A DNA stretch of 41,415 nucleotides from Thermoplasmatota archaeon. GTDB lineage: Archaea > Thermoplasmatota > Thermoplasmata > Thermoplasmatales > ARK-15. The stretch lies in assembly GCA_031961865.1 (NCBI GenBank), contig JAVRLB010000003.1, positions 1 to 41,415 of the forward strand. Reading direction: 5' to 3'. Positions 1 to 10,520 of the stretch are shown in pieces. The position numbers were made by a program, and so were the translations under genes. How positions within the stretch are numbered: position 1 is the first letter of the stretch; each line of letters starts with the position of its first letter. The notes under the pieces were generated by a model. The model made no database searches and had not been told where the DNA came from. It saw nothing but the letters and a program-made list of their open reading frames with translations.

Positions 1-212
1 TGAATGATACAAATTACCAGGTTTACGTGAACTCTATAAGCCAAAATCAGACCATTTCTATAACGGTAATTGCTACTCCCATGACCTTATTGCCTGGTGG
101 AGGAATAATAGAGTCTGTAAACAGCACTACTATATCAATAAACTATAACAAAGAAGTTGCAGGACAAACACTTTACTTTGTGGTAACAGTAGTAAAAGTG
201 TCCTCTGCCTAA
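1..212 (+). CDS. FKBP-type peptidyl-prolyl isomerase (SlyD-like), 5'-truncated by window edge
   Basis: Frame is open from nt 3. C-terminus INYNKEVAGQTLYFVVTVVKV resembles the FKBP/SlyD motif DFNHPLAGKTLxFxVxVV. Confidence 0.7.
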   Translation, partial: NDTNYQVYVNSISQNQTISITVIATPMTLLPGGGIIESVNSTTISINYNKEVAGQTLYFVVTVVKVSSA

Positions 213-245
213 GCTTCAGAACCTTTTACTATTTTTCATTTGTTT

Positions 246-896
246 TTATAGTTTTACTTTTTTCCAGTCTTCTAAAAATCGCTGTATTCCTTCATCTGTT
301 TTTGGATGCTTGAACAGTTTTTCCAATACATTAAACGGCAACGTTACTATATCCGCTCCAATCAATGCAGACTGATAAACATGGATCGGATGCCTTACGC
401 TTGCTACTATAATCTCTGTCTCGATATGATAATTATCAAATATCGTTCGAATATCTTCAACCACTTGCATGCCATCTTCTCCAATATCGTCAAGTCTGCC
501 AACAAATGGAGATACATAACTAGCTCCTGCCTTTGCTGCTAACAGTGCCTGTATGGGCGTAAATATCAGCGTCGCATTGGTTTTGATTCCCAAGCCTGCC
601 AATATTTTTATCGCTTTCACTCCTTCTGCAGTGATCGGAACCTTGATTACCACGTTTTTTCCGAGCTTGGCCAACTTTTTTGCCTCTTCTACCATCTTCT
701 CAGATTCTAGCGATATCACTTCCAGGCTTACGGGCCCGTTGACCATGCCCAGAATCTTTTTTACTAGCTCATTAAAGCTAAGCTTATCTGCTTCTTTAGC
801 CGCTAAAGATGGATTTGTAGTTACTCCATCTATAATGCCCCATTCTACGCCAGTCTCTATCTCTTTCAAATTCGCAGTATCCAAAAATATTTTCAT
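246..896 (-). CDS. tal: Transaldolase (small TalC/Fsa family)
   Basis: Motifs [19 protein letters not shown] (Schiff-base Lys), [13 protein letters not shown]. Glu in SLEV and Phe in SPF favour transaldolase over F6P aldolase. Confidence 0.95.
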   Translation of the reverse strand: MKIFLDTANLKEIETGVEWGIIDGVTTNPSLAAKEADKLSFNELVKKILGMVNGPVSLEVISLESEKMVEEAKKLAKLGKNVVIKVPITAEGVKAIKILAGLGIKTNATLIFTPIQALLAAKAGASYVSPFVGRLDDIGEDGMQVVEDIRTIFDNYHIETEIIVASVRHPIHVYQSALIGADIVTLPFNVLEKLFKHPKTDEGIQRFLEDWKKVKL

Positions 897-1828
897 TTTT
901 TCAGCTCCATTATTCTTTGTATTTTATCTATTATGCCCTCTTCACTTAATTTATATTTTTTCATCAGGTCCCAGCTCTTTCCAGACTCTGCAAACTGATC
1001 GTTCATTCCCAGCCTCAATACCGTGGCAGGATACTCTTCAGCCACCACTTCAGCTACACGGGACCCTAATCCATTAAAGATGTTGTGCTCTTCAGCAGTA
1101 ACTATTCTGCCAGTCTCTTTTGCAGCCTTGATGATAAGTTCTCTATCGATGGGCTTAATCGTAGGCATGTTGATCACTCTCACATCTATGCCTTTGTCTT
1201 TCATAATCTGCGCTGCATTAATGGCACTGTTTAACAATATTCCGGTAGAAATTACAGTAATGTCTGATCCATCTTTTATCACATACCCTTTTCCAAGCTC
1301 AAAATCGTAATTTTCAGTTAATTCAGGCACCTTTTCTCTACTTAACCTCACATAAAAAGGCCCGTAAATGTCTGCAATCTGCTCTATTACACGCTTGGTT
1401 TCCGATGCGTCTGCAGGAGCGATTACACGCATGTTTGGCAGACTGGTCATCAGCCCGATATCTTCGATCATCTGGTGTGATGCTCCATCTTCGCCGACAG
1501 TTATGCCTGCATGCGTAGCAACTATCTTGACGTTAAGATTGGGATAACAGATACTCTGCCTCACAAAATCGTACGCTCTGCCTGCAGCAAACACTGCGAA
1601 AGTGCTCGCAAAAACAATGTTTCCAGATGCAGCCAGCCCTGAGGCAATGCCCATCATGTTCTGTTCCTGTATTCCTACATTGAAAAAGCGGTCTGGAAAC
1701 TTCTTGCCAAATTTAGTGGTCTGTGTAGAGCTTGACAGATCTGCATCCAGCACTACGAGCCTCTTATATTTTTCACCCAGCTCTGCCAGAGTCTCTCCAT
1801 AAACTACCCTCTGTGAATTATAATTCAT
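893..1828 (-). CDS. Transketolase, C-terminal subunit
   Basis: Motifs [37 protein letters not shown]. Start moved to the ATG at 1828, which overlaps the upstream gene's end. Confidence 0.95.
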   Translation of the reverse strand: MNYNSQRVVYGETLAELGEKYKRLVVLDADLSSSTQTTKFGKKFPDRFFNVGIQEQNMMGIASGLAASGNIVFASTFAVFAAGRAYDFVRQSICYPNLNVKIVATHAGITVGEDGASHQMIEDIGLMTSLPNMRVIAPADASETKRVIEQIADIYGPFYVRLSREKVPELTENYDFELGKGYVIKDGSDITVISTGILLNSAINAAQIMKDKGIDVRVINMPTIKPIDRELIIKAAKETGRIVTAEEHNIFNGLGSRVAEVVAEEYPATVLRLGMNDQFAESGKSWDLMKKYKLSEEGIIDKIQRIMELKK

Positions 1829-2654
1829 ATTTATTACGCTCCATTTCCAGCTCTTCCATAGCTTTTTTGAACTCTTGCTCATTTTCAGGTGGCTTGCCAT
1901 GATATGCATGCGTATTTTCCATATACGATACACCTTTGCCTTTAATTGTATGTGCCACTATCATTGTAGGTTTATTTGCTTCATTTCTTGCCTGTTTTAT
2001 CGCCTCTATGATCTGTGCTATATCATGTCCGTCAATGGTAAGCACATTCCAGTCAAAAGCTCTCCATTTTTGTTCTAAATCGCCTAACCTTAATATATTT
2101 TCAGTGCTACCATCAAGCTGATACATATTTCTATCCAGAAACACTATCAAATTCGATAGCTTTTTTGATGCGGCAAATAATGCGGCTTCCCATATGCTTC
2201 CTTCATCACACTCTCCGTCCCCGATCATGGCAAATACCCTGTAACTTTTATTGTATATTCTTGCATTTAAAGCCATTCCGATTGCAGAGCTCAATCCTTG
2301 CCCTAGAGAGCCTGTAGACATATCCACGCCCGGTACGTGCATTGAAGGATGTCCCTGCAACATAGATCCTATCTGCCTGAATTTTAAAAGTTCTTGTATA
2401 TCAAAATAGCCGCGCATGGCTAACGCGGAATAGAGTGCCGGAGTTGCATGTCCTTTGCTCAATACAAACCGATCTCTATCTTCCCACTGAGGGTTCTGAG
2501 GATCTATGTTCATTTCCTTGAAATACAGAACTGTGATTATATCTGCTGCAGACAGCGATCCGCCAGGATGTCCTGATTTTGCATTATATACCATCTTTAT
2601 AATACTCTGCCTGATCTCATTGGCTTTTAATTTCAGTCTTATAATTTCATCCAT
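1818..2654 (-). CDS. Transketolase, N-terminal (ThDP-binding) subunit
   Basis: Motifs SGHPGGSLS, DRFVLSKGH, GSLGQG, and the GDGE...N ThDP motif. Confidence 0.95.
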   Translation of the reverse strand: MDEIIRLKLKANEIRQSIIKMVYNAKSGHPGGSLSAADIITVLYFKEMNIDPQNPQWEDRDRFVLSKGHATPALYSALAMRGYFDIQELLKFRQIGSMLQGHPSMHVPGVDMSTGSLGQGLSSAIGMALNARIYNKSYRVFAMIGDGECDEGSIWEAALFAASKKLSNLIVFLDRNMYQLDGSTENILRLGDLEQKWRAFDWNVLTIDGHDIAQIIEAIKQARNEANKPTMIVAHTIKGKGVSYMENTHAYHGKPPENEQEFKKAMEELEMERNKYEL

Positions 2655-2669
2655 TATCTCTACCTTTCT

Positions 2670-3095
2670 TCAATATTCTTCAAACTCTTTTTTACTAAAG
2701 TAAAGAATATCTGTCTTCTTATAACTCATCTTTAAAAATAAATTTTGTGATTTATTATTTTCTTTTTCAATAAGTGCCGCATATAGTTTTATGCCTTTGC
2801 TTTTAAATATCTGCTCTGCCATAGCTATCAATTTTTTTGCTATACCTTTTCTCTGATAGTCTGGATCTACAGCCAATCTATTGATCCATCCTTTTCTTCC
2901 ATCATCTGTAATAAACGTTACAGCCACCAATTTTTCGTTATCTAAAACGCCCAGGATCATGTCTGGATGCTTGTCTAATTGCTTTTTTATGTTTTCCTGA
3001 GAATCTCTGCCGTTCGGTTTAAAATCCAGTCCTGCTCTTTTCCACAGTTCTGTGATCTGAGAATAGTAGCTTTCATCTAAAAACTTAAAATCCAT
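2670..3095 (-). CDS. GNAT-family N-acetyltransferase
   Basis: RLAVDPDYQRKGIAKKL acetyl-CoA motif A. Confidence 0.9.
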   Translation of the reverse strand: MDFKFLDESYYSQITELWKRAGLDFKPNGRDSQENIKKQLDKHPDMILGVLDNEKLVAVTFITDDGRKGWINRLAVDPDYQRKGIAKKLIAMAEQIFKSKGIKLYAALIEKENNKSQNLFLKMSYKKTDILYFSKKEFEEY

Positions 3096-3184
3096 GAGCC
3101 TTGTAATATTATGAAAAATTTAAAATTTTCGTAATGTTAATTGCAACAAAAAACCTAATATTGCAGATCTCATTTTCAATTAAT

Positions 3185-3568
3185 ATGGGTATCGTAGACA
3201 TCACAGAAAAAAACTTTTCGATCGAAACGTTGATGAAGAGCTTGAAAGATGACAAAACCGGTGCAATAGTGACTTTTACCGGCATTGTGCGAAAAATTGA
3301 CGATAACAAAAATATTCAGCGTTTAGATTATGAATGTTACAGAGAGATGGCGATAATAGAGATGAACAAGATTGTAGACCGTGCCAAAAACAAATTTGAT
3401 ATACTGGACGTATCAGTGGTTCATAGAATTGGATCTCTATCACCACAGGAGAACGTGGTAGGAATTGTTGTTACTGCCTCACATCGAGAAGATGCTTTCA
3501 AAGCTTGCAGTTTCATTATTGACGAGATTAAAAAGAGCGTTCCAATCTGGAAAAAAGAAATTCTATAG
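3185..3568 (+). CDS. moaE: Molybdopterin synthase catalytic subunit MoaE
   Basis: Motifs GAIVTFTGIVR, LDYECY, HRIG, HREDAF, KKSVPIWKKE. Probable start is the ATG at 3185. Confidence 0.93.
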   Translation: MGIVDITEKNFSIETLMKSLKDDKTGAIVTFTGIVRKIDDNKNIQRLDYECYREMAIIEMNKIVDRAKNKFDILDVSVVHRIGSLSPQENVVGIVVTASHREDAFKACSFIIDEIKKSVPIWKKEIL

Positions 3569-3612
3569 ATAACTTTTAATATTTGATATTACTTCATTTG
3601 ACGATTTGTTTA

Positions 3613-6600
3613 ATGGCTAATGAGATAATATATATTAATAAACCTACGAGCAAAGAAGAGTTACTCTCTTTATTTGATCCGATAGTAAGAGATTGGTTCA
3701 ACTCAAAATACAGCACGCTTACAGAGCCGCAGGCATATGCAGTCAAGTACATACACAGTGGCAAAAATGTTTTGATCTCTGCGCCTACAGGTTCGGGAAA
3801 GACGCTTACTGGATTTTTGACTATAATCAATGAATTATTTTTGCTTGCAAAACAAGAAAAGCTGGAAGATCAGGTGTACTGTGTTTATATTTCACCGCTT
3901 AAAGCACTTGCTAACGATATTCACAGAAACTTAGAAGTGCCGTTAAATGAGATCTATGAGCTTGGCAAAAAAGAGAATATAAATCTTCCAAAAATCACGG
4001 TAGGGGTCAGATCTGGAGATACTCCGACCAGCGTGCGCCAGAAAATGTTAAAAAAGCCGCCAAACATATTCATCACCACTCCCGAATCTCTGGGAATGGT
4101 ACTTTCATCAATAAAATTCAGAGAGAAATTCAAAAATGTGAGATATGTGATCGTTGATGAAATACATGAGCTTTCATCTTCTAAGAGGGGTGTGATGCTA
4201 TCACTGAACCTCGAGCGACTTGCAGAATATGCAGGAGAATTTGTGAGGATCGGGTTATCTGCCACGCAGTCTCCGATTGAAGAGATGGCAAAGTACCTGG
4301 TTGGATACAGAGACGGACAGTTGAGAAAAGTGTATATTTCAGAAGTCGAGACCAGAAAATCATTAGATTTAAAAGTTATTACGCCAGTTCCTGACCTGAA
4401 TGCAGTTCCTTATGAAATAGCAAACGAGAAGATGTACGATATTCTTGAGGACATAATCAACACTCACAAAACCACCTTGATTTTCACAAATACCAGAAGT
4501 GGCAGTGAGCATGTTGCCATAAAATTAAAACAGCGGGGCATAGATTCGTTAGAAGTACATCATTCATCGCTGGGAAAGATCACCAGAATAAATGTAGAAG
4601 AGTCATTAAAGCAGGGAAAATTAAAATGTGTGATCACCTCTACATCGTTAGAGCTCGGAATTGATATTGGCTACATAGACATAGTAGTTCAGATAGGATC
4701 TCCAAAGAGCATTTCTAAAGGATTGCAGAGAGTTGGAAGAAGCGGCCACGCATATGGATCGGTAGCGAAAGGGAGATTTGTGGTGTTTGATAATGATGAT
4801 CTGATAGAATGTGCAGTGCTTGTAAAACAAGCTTATGAAAACAAACTGGACCGGATATTCACGCCTAAAAATTCTCTGGATGTGCTGTCGCAGGTAATAG
4901 TGGGCATGAGCCTTGAAAACGTATGGGATCTGGACAACGCTTATAAGCTTATAAAAAGGTCATATTGTTATAGTGATCTGGATCGAAAAGAGTTCATGAA
5001 TGTAATAAATTATCTGTCTGGAAAAACATATGGTGAGCCTTTTTACTCTAAAATATGGTATGATGAAGAGCAGAACAAGTTTGGAAAGAAAAGAAGTACG
5101 AGAATGATCTATTTTATGAACATGGGAACCATTCCAGAAGAGGCAGATTATACGGTGTTGGATGAACGAAACGTACCATTGGGCATGTTAAGTGAAAAGT
5201 TTGTTGAGCGCTTGAAAAGCGGGGATATTTTTGTACTGGGCGCCAAATCGTATGAATTTCAGAAAACCAGAGGCTCGAAAGTGTATGTCAAAAATGCAGC
5301 AGGGAAGAAGCCCACAGTGCCGTCTTGGAGTGGAGAGATGTTGCCCAGAAGCTATGATCTGAGCATTGAAGTAGGCAAGTTCAGAGGCGAGATTGCACAG
5401 ATGCTGAAAAATGGTGAAAATCCAGTGCAGTATCTGATCGATACTGCGCATGTAGATGAGTATGGTGCCAAAAGCATAATAACTTACATTAAAGAGCAGA
5501 TGCTTGAAACTGTGCCTACTGATAAAAAACTGTTGATTGAAGGGTACATAGATAACTCCAAAAAATCAAACATAATATTTCACTATCCTTTTGGCAGAAG
5601 AGTAAACGATGCACTTTCAAGGGCCTATGCTTATGCAATATCTGGAAAATACAGCACTAATGTCAGATTATCCATTACTGACGATGCTTTTATGATTACT
5701 ACAAGCAAGAAAATAGATCTTGACGATATACCAATGCTTTTAAAATCCCAGTATCTGGACGAGATACTAAAATCTGCCTTAAACAGTACCGAACTTTACA
5801 AACAAAGGTTTCGTCACTGTGCAGCAAGGTCGTTCATGGTGCTAAGAAGATACAAATCTGCCAGCATATCGGTGGCACGACAGCAACTTAGAAGTGATAA
5901 AATACTGGACATTTTGAGAGAGATTAAAGATTTTCCGATTGTGGATGAAACATATAATGAGATTTTTAATATAGCGATGGATCTGCCACATGCAAAAGAG
6001 GTTTTAGAGCGTATAGAATCTGGAAAGATCAGTATTGTATTAAAACCCTATTCTGAGACTCCAAGCATATTTTCAAACAGCATAATTTTAGCAAGCATTT
6101 CAGACATAGTTTTAATGGAAGATCGCAACGCGCTGTTAAAAGAGATACACATGAAAGTTTTAGAGAGGGTACTGCCAAAAGAGCAGTTGTATGCAACCTT
6201 TGATCCTGTGCAGGTTACTAATTATTTCAACTCAAAATTCAAACCCATAGAAACTGAAGAAGATATACTATCTTTTTTAAAGCTGGTAGGTGCAAGTGAG
6301 CTGTTTTTGCAGAGAGGCACAAACATTTATTCTCACAGCACTTTAAAATATGAGACTTTAAGGAACATGGCCATAGATCTGTTGAAAAAAGAGAAAGTTA
6401 CTACCATTTACACCACTCAGATTACATGGACCATTAAGGAGTATCTGCCCTATTATTTAGCACTGTATCAACAAGACTCTAAGTCAGAGTATGCAGATAT
6501 GTTGAGAGTGCTTGATCACAAAAAATCAAAAGATGCGATCAAAGAGCTGAACATGAGAAAAGACCTTTTTTTCGACCAGTTAAAAGACATGGAACGCTCT

Positions 6601-8814
6601 AATTTAATTTACAGATTAGGCATGGACGAGGGGGATATCATGTGGGGAGTCAGGTCTGAGAAAAAAGCAGATTATCAGGAATCTTTAAGGTTTTTAGTTA
6701 CCAAGCTATTAGGTTCTTATGGTCCGCTCACAAAAGATGAATTATTGTTCAAGATCGGGTTTACGCCAGATCGGTTTGATGCTTTGCTAGAGCAGCTTTT
6801 GAAGGAAAATTACATAAAGTACGGCAGGTTTCTGGCAGGCTATGAAAATCAATATATGCTTGCTGAAGACTATGAAAATATAAAAAATATAAAAAACCTG
6901 GATTTTGAAACTATAAAAAGATACAGGTTTTACAAGCTAACAAAAAAAGTAGATAACATACTGGATTATTTTGATAAGTACCTGTTTGCATATAGCTCAT
7001 ACGCTGTGTTTTTAAGGGTTGACAGTCTTGAAGATTGGAAGATGTTAAGGATAAATAACAGGATCGTGTATGCAAAGTTTTTGAAAAATAGGCTTTGTTA
7101 CACCACCATCGATCTTGCAGCTTTGTTCAATTACAAGGCATATAATGTTAACAGCATAGAAGCAAAGATTTTGCAGGCTATTAATTCATTAGACAATGCC
7201 AATGTTCAGACCATATCTAGGTATTTAAATGAGGATTCTGCAATCGTGAGAAAAGTGTTAAATGTACTAGATGAAAATTTGAAGATTGGCAGGAAATTTG
7301 AAGAGTTTGAAGAAAACAATAAAGCTTTGAATTGTGTGAGTTTAGACATTGGAGAATATGGCACTAAATCGGATCTAATTTATAACATTATAACCAGGCT
7401 TGGGCCATTGAACGTGTATGATCTTGAGAACATAACCGGGCTGGAAAAGTATGAGTTACAGCAAGTTTTAGATGCTCTAACAGTTGAAAACTTGGAGCTG
7501 GATAAAGTAAAATATTATTATTCAAAAGGAGAGAACATTTTGGATAAAAGTGTTTCTGAAACTGTATTGATGGATATCCATGACCCATATTTGCTACCAT
7601 ATTACAGTGAGATTTTTTCAGACTATGGCTATGATTTTAACTACTTTATGGTAAATGATGGAAAGATTATAGCTGCATTAAAAATTAATGATCGAAGCTC
7701 ATATTCCGAGATTGAAGATATAATAGTATCTGAAAAGAGGCAGTTTAATGAATCTTTAAAAACGCTGGATAAGTATCTAAAATTCAAGAATCAGGATCTT
7801 CTGATTCTGAGAAAACAGATAGACCCGGATAATATGGATTCTTTATTGACTTTCGGGTTTAAAAAATTGAATGATGTTTATTATTATGGTAACGTATATG
7901 AAAAAAAGTTTGAATTTAAAGATCTGTACTCTTATATTTTTTATAAGCAGGGATTAGGTGGATATAAAAGATCTGTAAATGAGATTGAAGCAATGAATCT
8001 GGGAATAAGGTCAGACCTGGAAAGTATAGCAAGGTGCAATACTGTAAGCACAGGTGAAAAATATTTGAAAAACAGGATTTTTTATTTGGGTTACACCATC
8101 CCCGACACGATAGCTTATTGCAGCATCGAGACGCTAGAGCTTTTGAAAAATGTAAAAGCTGGAAAACTAACAAAACAGAAATCTGTAGTGTTAAACTTGA
8201 TTAAAAGAAACCCATACTACACAGAATCAAATTTACTTGAAGAATCTCCGTTAGGAGCACAAGTTACAAAAGACATATTAGAAGAGCTTTTTAAAGAAAA
8301 CTATATTGCAAAAAGTGATAAAGATACGTATATAGTGATCGAAAAAGACCGAGATTCTTATTTCTCTCAATATTTGCTTGTCAAAAAGCTGTTTGAGGCA
8401 TTTGGAGCATTAAACGTTCAGAAAATCAATGCTCTTGTTGAAAGACTGGTCAGCACCAGCTTGATCTTTGAATTTTTAAAAACGCTTGAACGTGAGGGTC
8501 TGATAATAAAAATATTTGTAGATGATGAACTTTACTGGGTCTTAAAAGAGGATTTTAAGTTAATTGGATCCATTGATATCAAAGGATTTTTTATTCTGTC
8601 TCCACAGGATATTTTGTACAGGCTTTTATCTGAAAAATTAAAGCAGAAAAAAATAAAAAATGCGTATTTAATATTTGATAACGGCACTCTTGCAGGATAC
8701 TTTAAAGCCTCTAAAAAGAAGAATGAGATCAAGATTCTCAGCTTTGATGCTGCTGTAAAATACAGAAACATAGTTAAAAACGTAATTAACAAAATAGGAT
8801 TGAGGATGACCTAG
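3613..8814 (+). CDS. lhr: Lhr-family SF2 ATP-dependent helicase, long form with ~900-aa C-terminal extension
   Basis: Motifs APTGSGKT, SPLKALANDI, TTPES, DEIH, GLSAT, TSLELGIDIG, QRVGRSGH, N-GTIP and PSWSGE. Start taken at the ATG at 3613. Confidence 0.93.
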   Translation: MANEIIYINKPTSKEELLSLFDPIVRDWFNSKYSTLTEPQAYAVKYIHSGKNVLISAPTGSGKTLTGFLTIINELFLLAKQEKLEDQVYCVYISPLKALANDIHRNLEVPLNEIYELGKKENINLPKITVGVRSGDTPTSVRQKMLKKPPNIFITTPESLGMVLSSIKFREKFKNVRYVIVDEIHELSSSKRGVMLSLNLERLAEYAGEFVRIGLSATQSPIEEMAKYLVGYRDGQLRKVYISEVETRKSLDLKVITPVPDLNAVPYEIANEKMYDILEDIINTHKTTLIFTNTRSGSEHVAIKLKQRGIDSLEVHHSSLGKITRINVEESLKQGKLKCVITSTSLELGIDIGYIDIVVQIGSPKSISKGLQRVGRSGHAYGSVAKGRFVVFDNDDLIECAVLVKQAYENKLDRIFTPKNSLDVLSQVIVGMSLENVWDLDNAYKLIKRSYCYSDLDRKEFMNVINYLSGKTYGEPFYSKIWYDEEQNKFGKKRSTRMIYFMNMGTIPEEADYTVLDERNVPLGMLSEKFVERLKSGDIFVLGAKSYEFQKTRGSKVYVKNAAGKKPTVPSWSGEMLPRSYDLSIEVGKFRGEIAQMLKNGENPVQYLIDTAHVDEYGAKSIITYIKEQMLETVPTDKKLLIEGYIDNSKKSNIIFHYPFGRRVNDALSRAYAYAISGKYSTNVRLSITDDAFMITTSKKIDLDDIPMLLKSQYLDEILKSALNSTELYKQRFRHCAARSFMVLRRYKSASISVARQQLRSDKILDILREIKDFPIVDETYNEIFNIAMDLPHAKEVLERIESGKISIVLKPYSETPSIFSNSIILASISDIVLMEDRNALLKEIHMKVLERVLPKEQLYATFDPVQVTNYFNSKFKPIETEEDILSFLKLVGASELFLQRGTNIYSHSTLKYETLRNMAIDLLKKEKVTTIYTTQITWTIKEYLPYYLALYQQDSKSEYADMLRVLDHKKSKDAIKELNMRKDLFFDQLKDMERSNLIYRLGMDEGDIMWGVRSEKKADYQESLRFLVTKLLGSYGPLTKDELLFKIGFTPDRFDALLEQLLKENYIKYGRFLAGYENQYMLAEDYENIKNIKNLDFETIKRYRFYKLTKKVDNILDYFDKYLFAYSSYAVFLRVDSLEDWKMLRINNRIVYAKFLKNRLCYTTIDLAALFNYKAYNVNSIEAKILQAINSLDNANVQTISRYLNEDSAIVRKVLNVLDENLKIGRKFEEFEENNKALNCVSLDIGEYGTKSDLIYNIITRLGPLNVYDLENITGLEKYELQQVLDALTVENLELDKVKYYYSKGENILDKSVSETVLMDIHDPYLLPYYSEIFSDYGYDFNYFMVNDGKIIAALKINDRSSYSEIEDIIVSEKRQFNESLKTLDKYLKFKNQDLLILRKQIDPDNMDSLLTFGFKKLNDVYYYGNVYEKKFEFKDLYSYIFYKQGLGGYKRSVNEIEAMNLGIRSDLESIARCNTVSTGEKYLKNRIFYLGYTIPDTIAYCSIETLELLKNVKAGKLTKQKSVVLNLIKRNPYYTESNLLEESPLGAQVTKDILEELFKENYIAKSDKDTYIVIEKDRDSYFSQYLLVKKLFEAFGALNVQKINALVERLVSTSLIFEFLKTLEREGLIIKIFVDDELYWVLKEDFKLIGSIDIKGFFILSPQDILYRLLSEKLKQKKIKNAYLIFDNGTLAGYFKASKKKNEIKILSFDAAVKYRNIVKNVINKIGLRMT

Positions 8815-8858
8815 TGTTTTTAAAAAACTCTCTATTAAAATATTGGCTTTGTAATATC

Positions 8859-8980
8859 TTCGTTGCTACACAAAGATATAACTGTGTTTTTACCTTCACC
8901 TTAAAATTGAACATGACTACGGTACCGTAATCTATCCCTGATCAAAGAGCAAGTAAAATTTTCAACTAAAATTGGCACTC
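8859..8980. repeat. Partial copy (right half) of the MITE-like element at 10521-10787
   Basis: 8859-8941 aligns ungapped to 10653-10735 with 10 mismatches in 83 nt. Similarity continues to a shared end (aagtaaaatttt...tgrcactc). Confidence 0.85.
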
Positions 8981-9033
8981 CCAAATATTGAAAAAAGTTA
9001 ATAGTAAGTTATTTATAATGTCACTATAAAATT

Positions 9034-10128
9034 ATGAGCTTAATAGACGATCAAATTGCAGAAATTGAGGCAGAGATTCGAAAAACGCAATATAACAAAG
9101 CCACAGAATTCCACATTGGGAGATTAAAAGCTAAACTTGCAAAATTGAAGAGAGAGCAGGAAAAGCGTAGAAGTGCCAGAACTGGCGGAGAGGGCTATGC
9201 TGTTAAGAAATCTGGCAATGCTACAGTAGCTATGGTAGGATATCCGAGCGTTGGAAAAAGCACAATTTTGAACAAGATCACAAATGCAAAAAGCGAGACT
9301 GCAGCCTATGATTTTACAACGCTTACTATAATACCTGGAATAATGGAATATAACGGTGCAAAATTACAGCTTCTGGACATGCCAGGAATAATAATCGGAG
9401 CTTCAAAGGGAAAGGGTAGAGGCAGAGAAGTTATCAGTGTTGCGCGAAACTCAGATCTGATTTTGATAGTGGTAGACACAGACCATTATCAAGTTAAACC
9501 TATTCTGGATGAACTGTATGAATCCGGAATAAGATTGAACACCAATCCGCCAAATATAGTATTAACAAAAAAAAGCAAAGGTGGCATAGATATCAATTCA
9601 ACGGTAAAACTCACAAAATTGAGCGCGCCCATGATCGAGATAATATTAAAAGAGTACAGAATCTCAAACGCGAGCATAATATTTAGAGAAGATGCATCAG
9701 TAGATCAGCTTATAGATTATCTGAGCGAAAATAGAGTTTATCTGCCAGCTATGGTAGTATTAAATAAAATAGATCTGGTAACTGAGGCCAGGTTAAGAGA
9801 GATCATAGCCACCATACCTCGCGATTTAGCTTTTGTAAAAATATCTGCAGAGTCAAATAAAGGGCTGGATGATCTGAAAGAACAGCTTTTTCGGGCACTA
9901 AACTTTATAAAGATATATTTGAAGCCGCAAAATAAGCCGCTGGAAACCATGGTTGTTAAGAATGGTACTAATGTAGAAATGCTGTGCAGGGCAATACACA
10001 AAGATTTTATTAAAAAATTCAAGTTTGCGCTCGTAACCGGAAAAAGTGTAAAATTTACACAGCAACGTGTTGGTTTAGAGCATGTACTGCAGGACGGAGA
10101 TCTTGTTTCAATTTTTTTGAACCTGTAA
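9034..10128 (+). CDS. DRG/Rbg (OBG-family) ribosome-interacting GTPase with TGS domain
   Basis: TQYNKATEFHIGRLKAKLA, GYPSVGKS, YDFTT, DMPG, NKID and a C-terminal QRVGLEHVLQDGD. Confidence 0.95.
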   Translation: MSLIDDQIAEIEAEIRKTQYNKATEFHIGRLKAKLAKLKREQEKRRSARTGGEGYAVKKSGNATVAMVGYPSVGKSTILNKITNAKSETAAYDFTTLTIIPGIMEYNGAKLQLLDMPGIIIGASKGKGRGREVISVARNSDLILIVVDTDHYQVKPILDELYESGIRLNTNPPNIVLTKKSKGGIDINSTVKLTKLSAPMIEIILKEYRISNASIIFREDASVDQLIDYLSENRVYLPAMVVLNKIDLVTEARLREIIATIPRDLAFVKISAESNKGLDDLKEQLFRALNFIKIYLKPQNKPLETMVVKNGTNVEMLCRAIHKDFIKKFKFALVTGKSVKFTQQRVGLEHVLQDGDLVSIFLNL

Positions 10129-10211
10129 ACTGGATTAAGCCTCTTATTTACAGATTTAAACGCTCTAATTTCAACTGCCCCTGATTTCCAGAATCTTGGA
10201 AACACTTATAT

Positions 10212-10484
10212 TTAGTAAAGTATTTTAAACCCTTTTAAGTTTTCAGGATTTTCCCATTTTATATCAATTTTGCTTATTCGAGCTCTAGGATGCTCAGTCT
10301 GGCATAATTCTAATATTGTATTTATAGTGGGCTCTGTACCCTCAAACACAGCCTCTACTCTTCCATCCTCTAAATTTCTGACCCATCCATTTAAGCTTAA
10401 TCTTTTGGCTTCATCGCGGACGAACGCTCTGAAGAATATACCCTGTACTAATCCTGAAAAGTAAACATGTGCTCTTTTTATCAT
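10212..10484 (-). CDS. acyP: Acylphosphatase
   Basis: SGLVQGIFFR and GWVRNLEDGRVE signatures. Confidence 0.93.
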   Translation of the reverse strand: MIKRAHVYFSGLVQGIFFRAFVRDEAKRLSLNGWVRNLEDGRVEAVFEGTEPTINTILELCQTEHPRARISKIDIKWENPENLKGFKILY

Positions 10485-10520
10485 CAACTATTATAAAGTG
10501 AAAGTGGTCTAAAAATCTTT

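Noticed and set aside
1829-1933. ORF-track N-terminal extension of transketolase C subunit (similar extensions on moaE, lsm, purF and the 30604 gene)
   Set aside because: They overlap upstream genes or promoters. Downstream starts fit family N-termini and RBS positions better.
10185-10202. Small hairpin tttcca-gaatct-tggaaa between convergent drg and acyP
   Set aside because: A 6-bp stem is expected by chance, and archaeal termination relies mainly on T-tracts.
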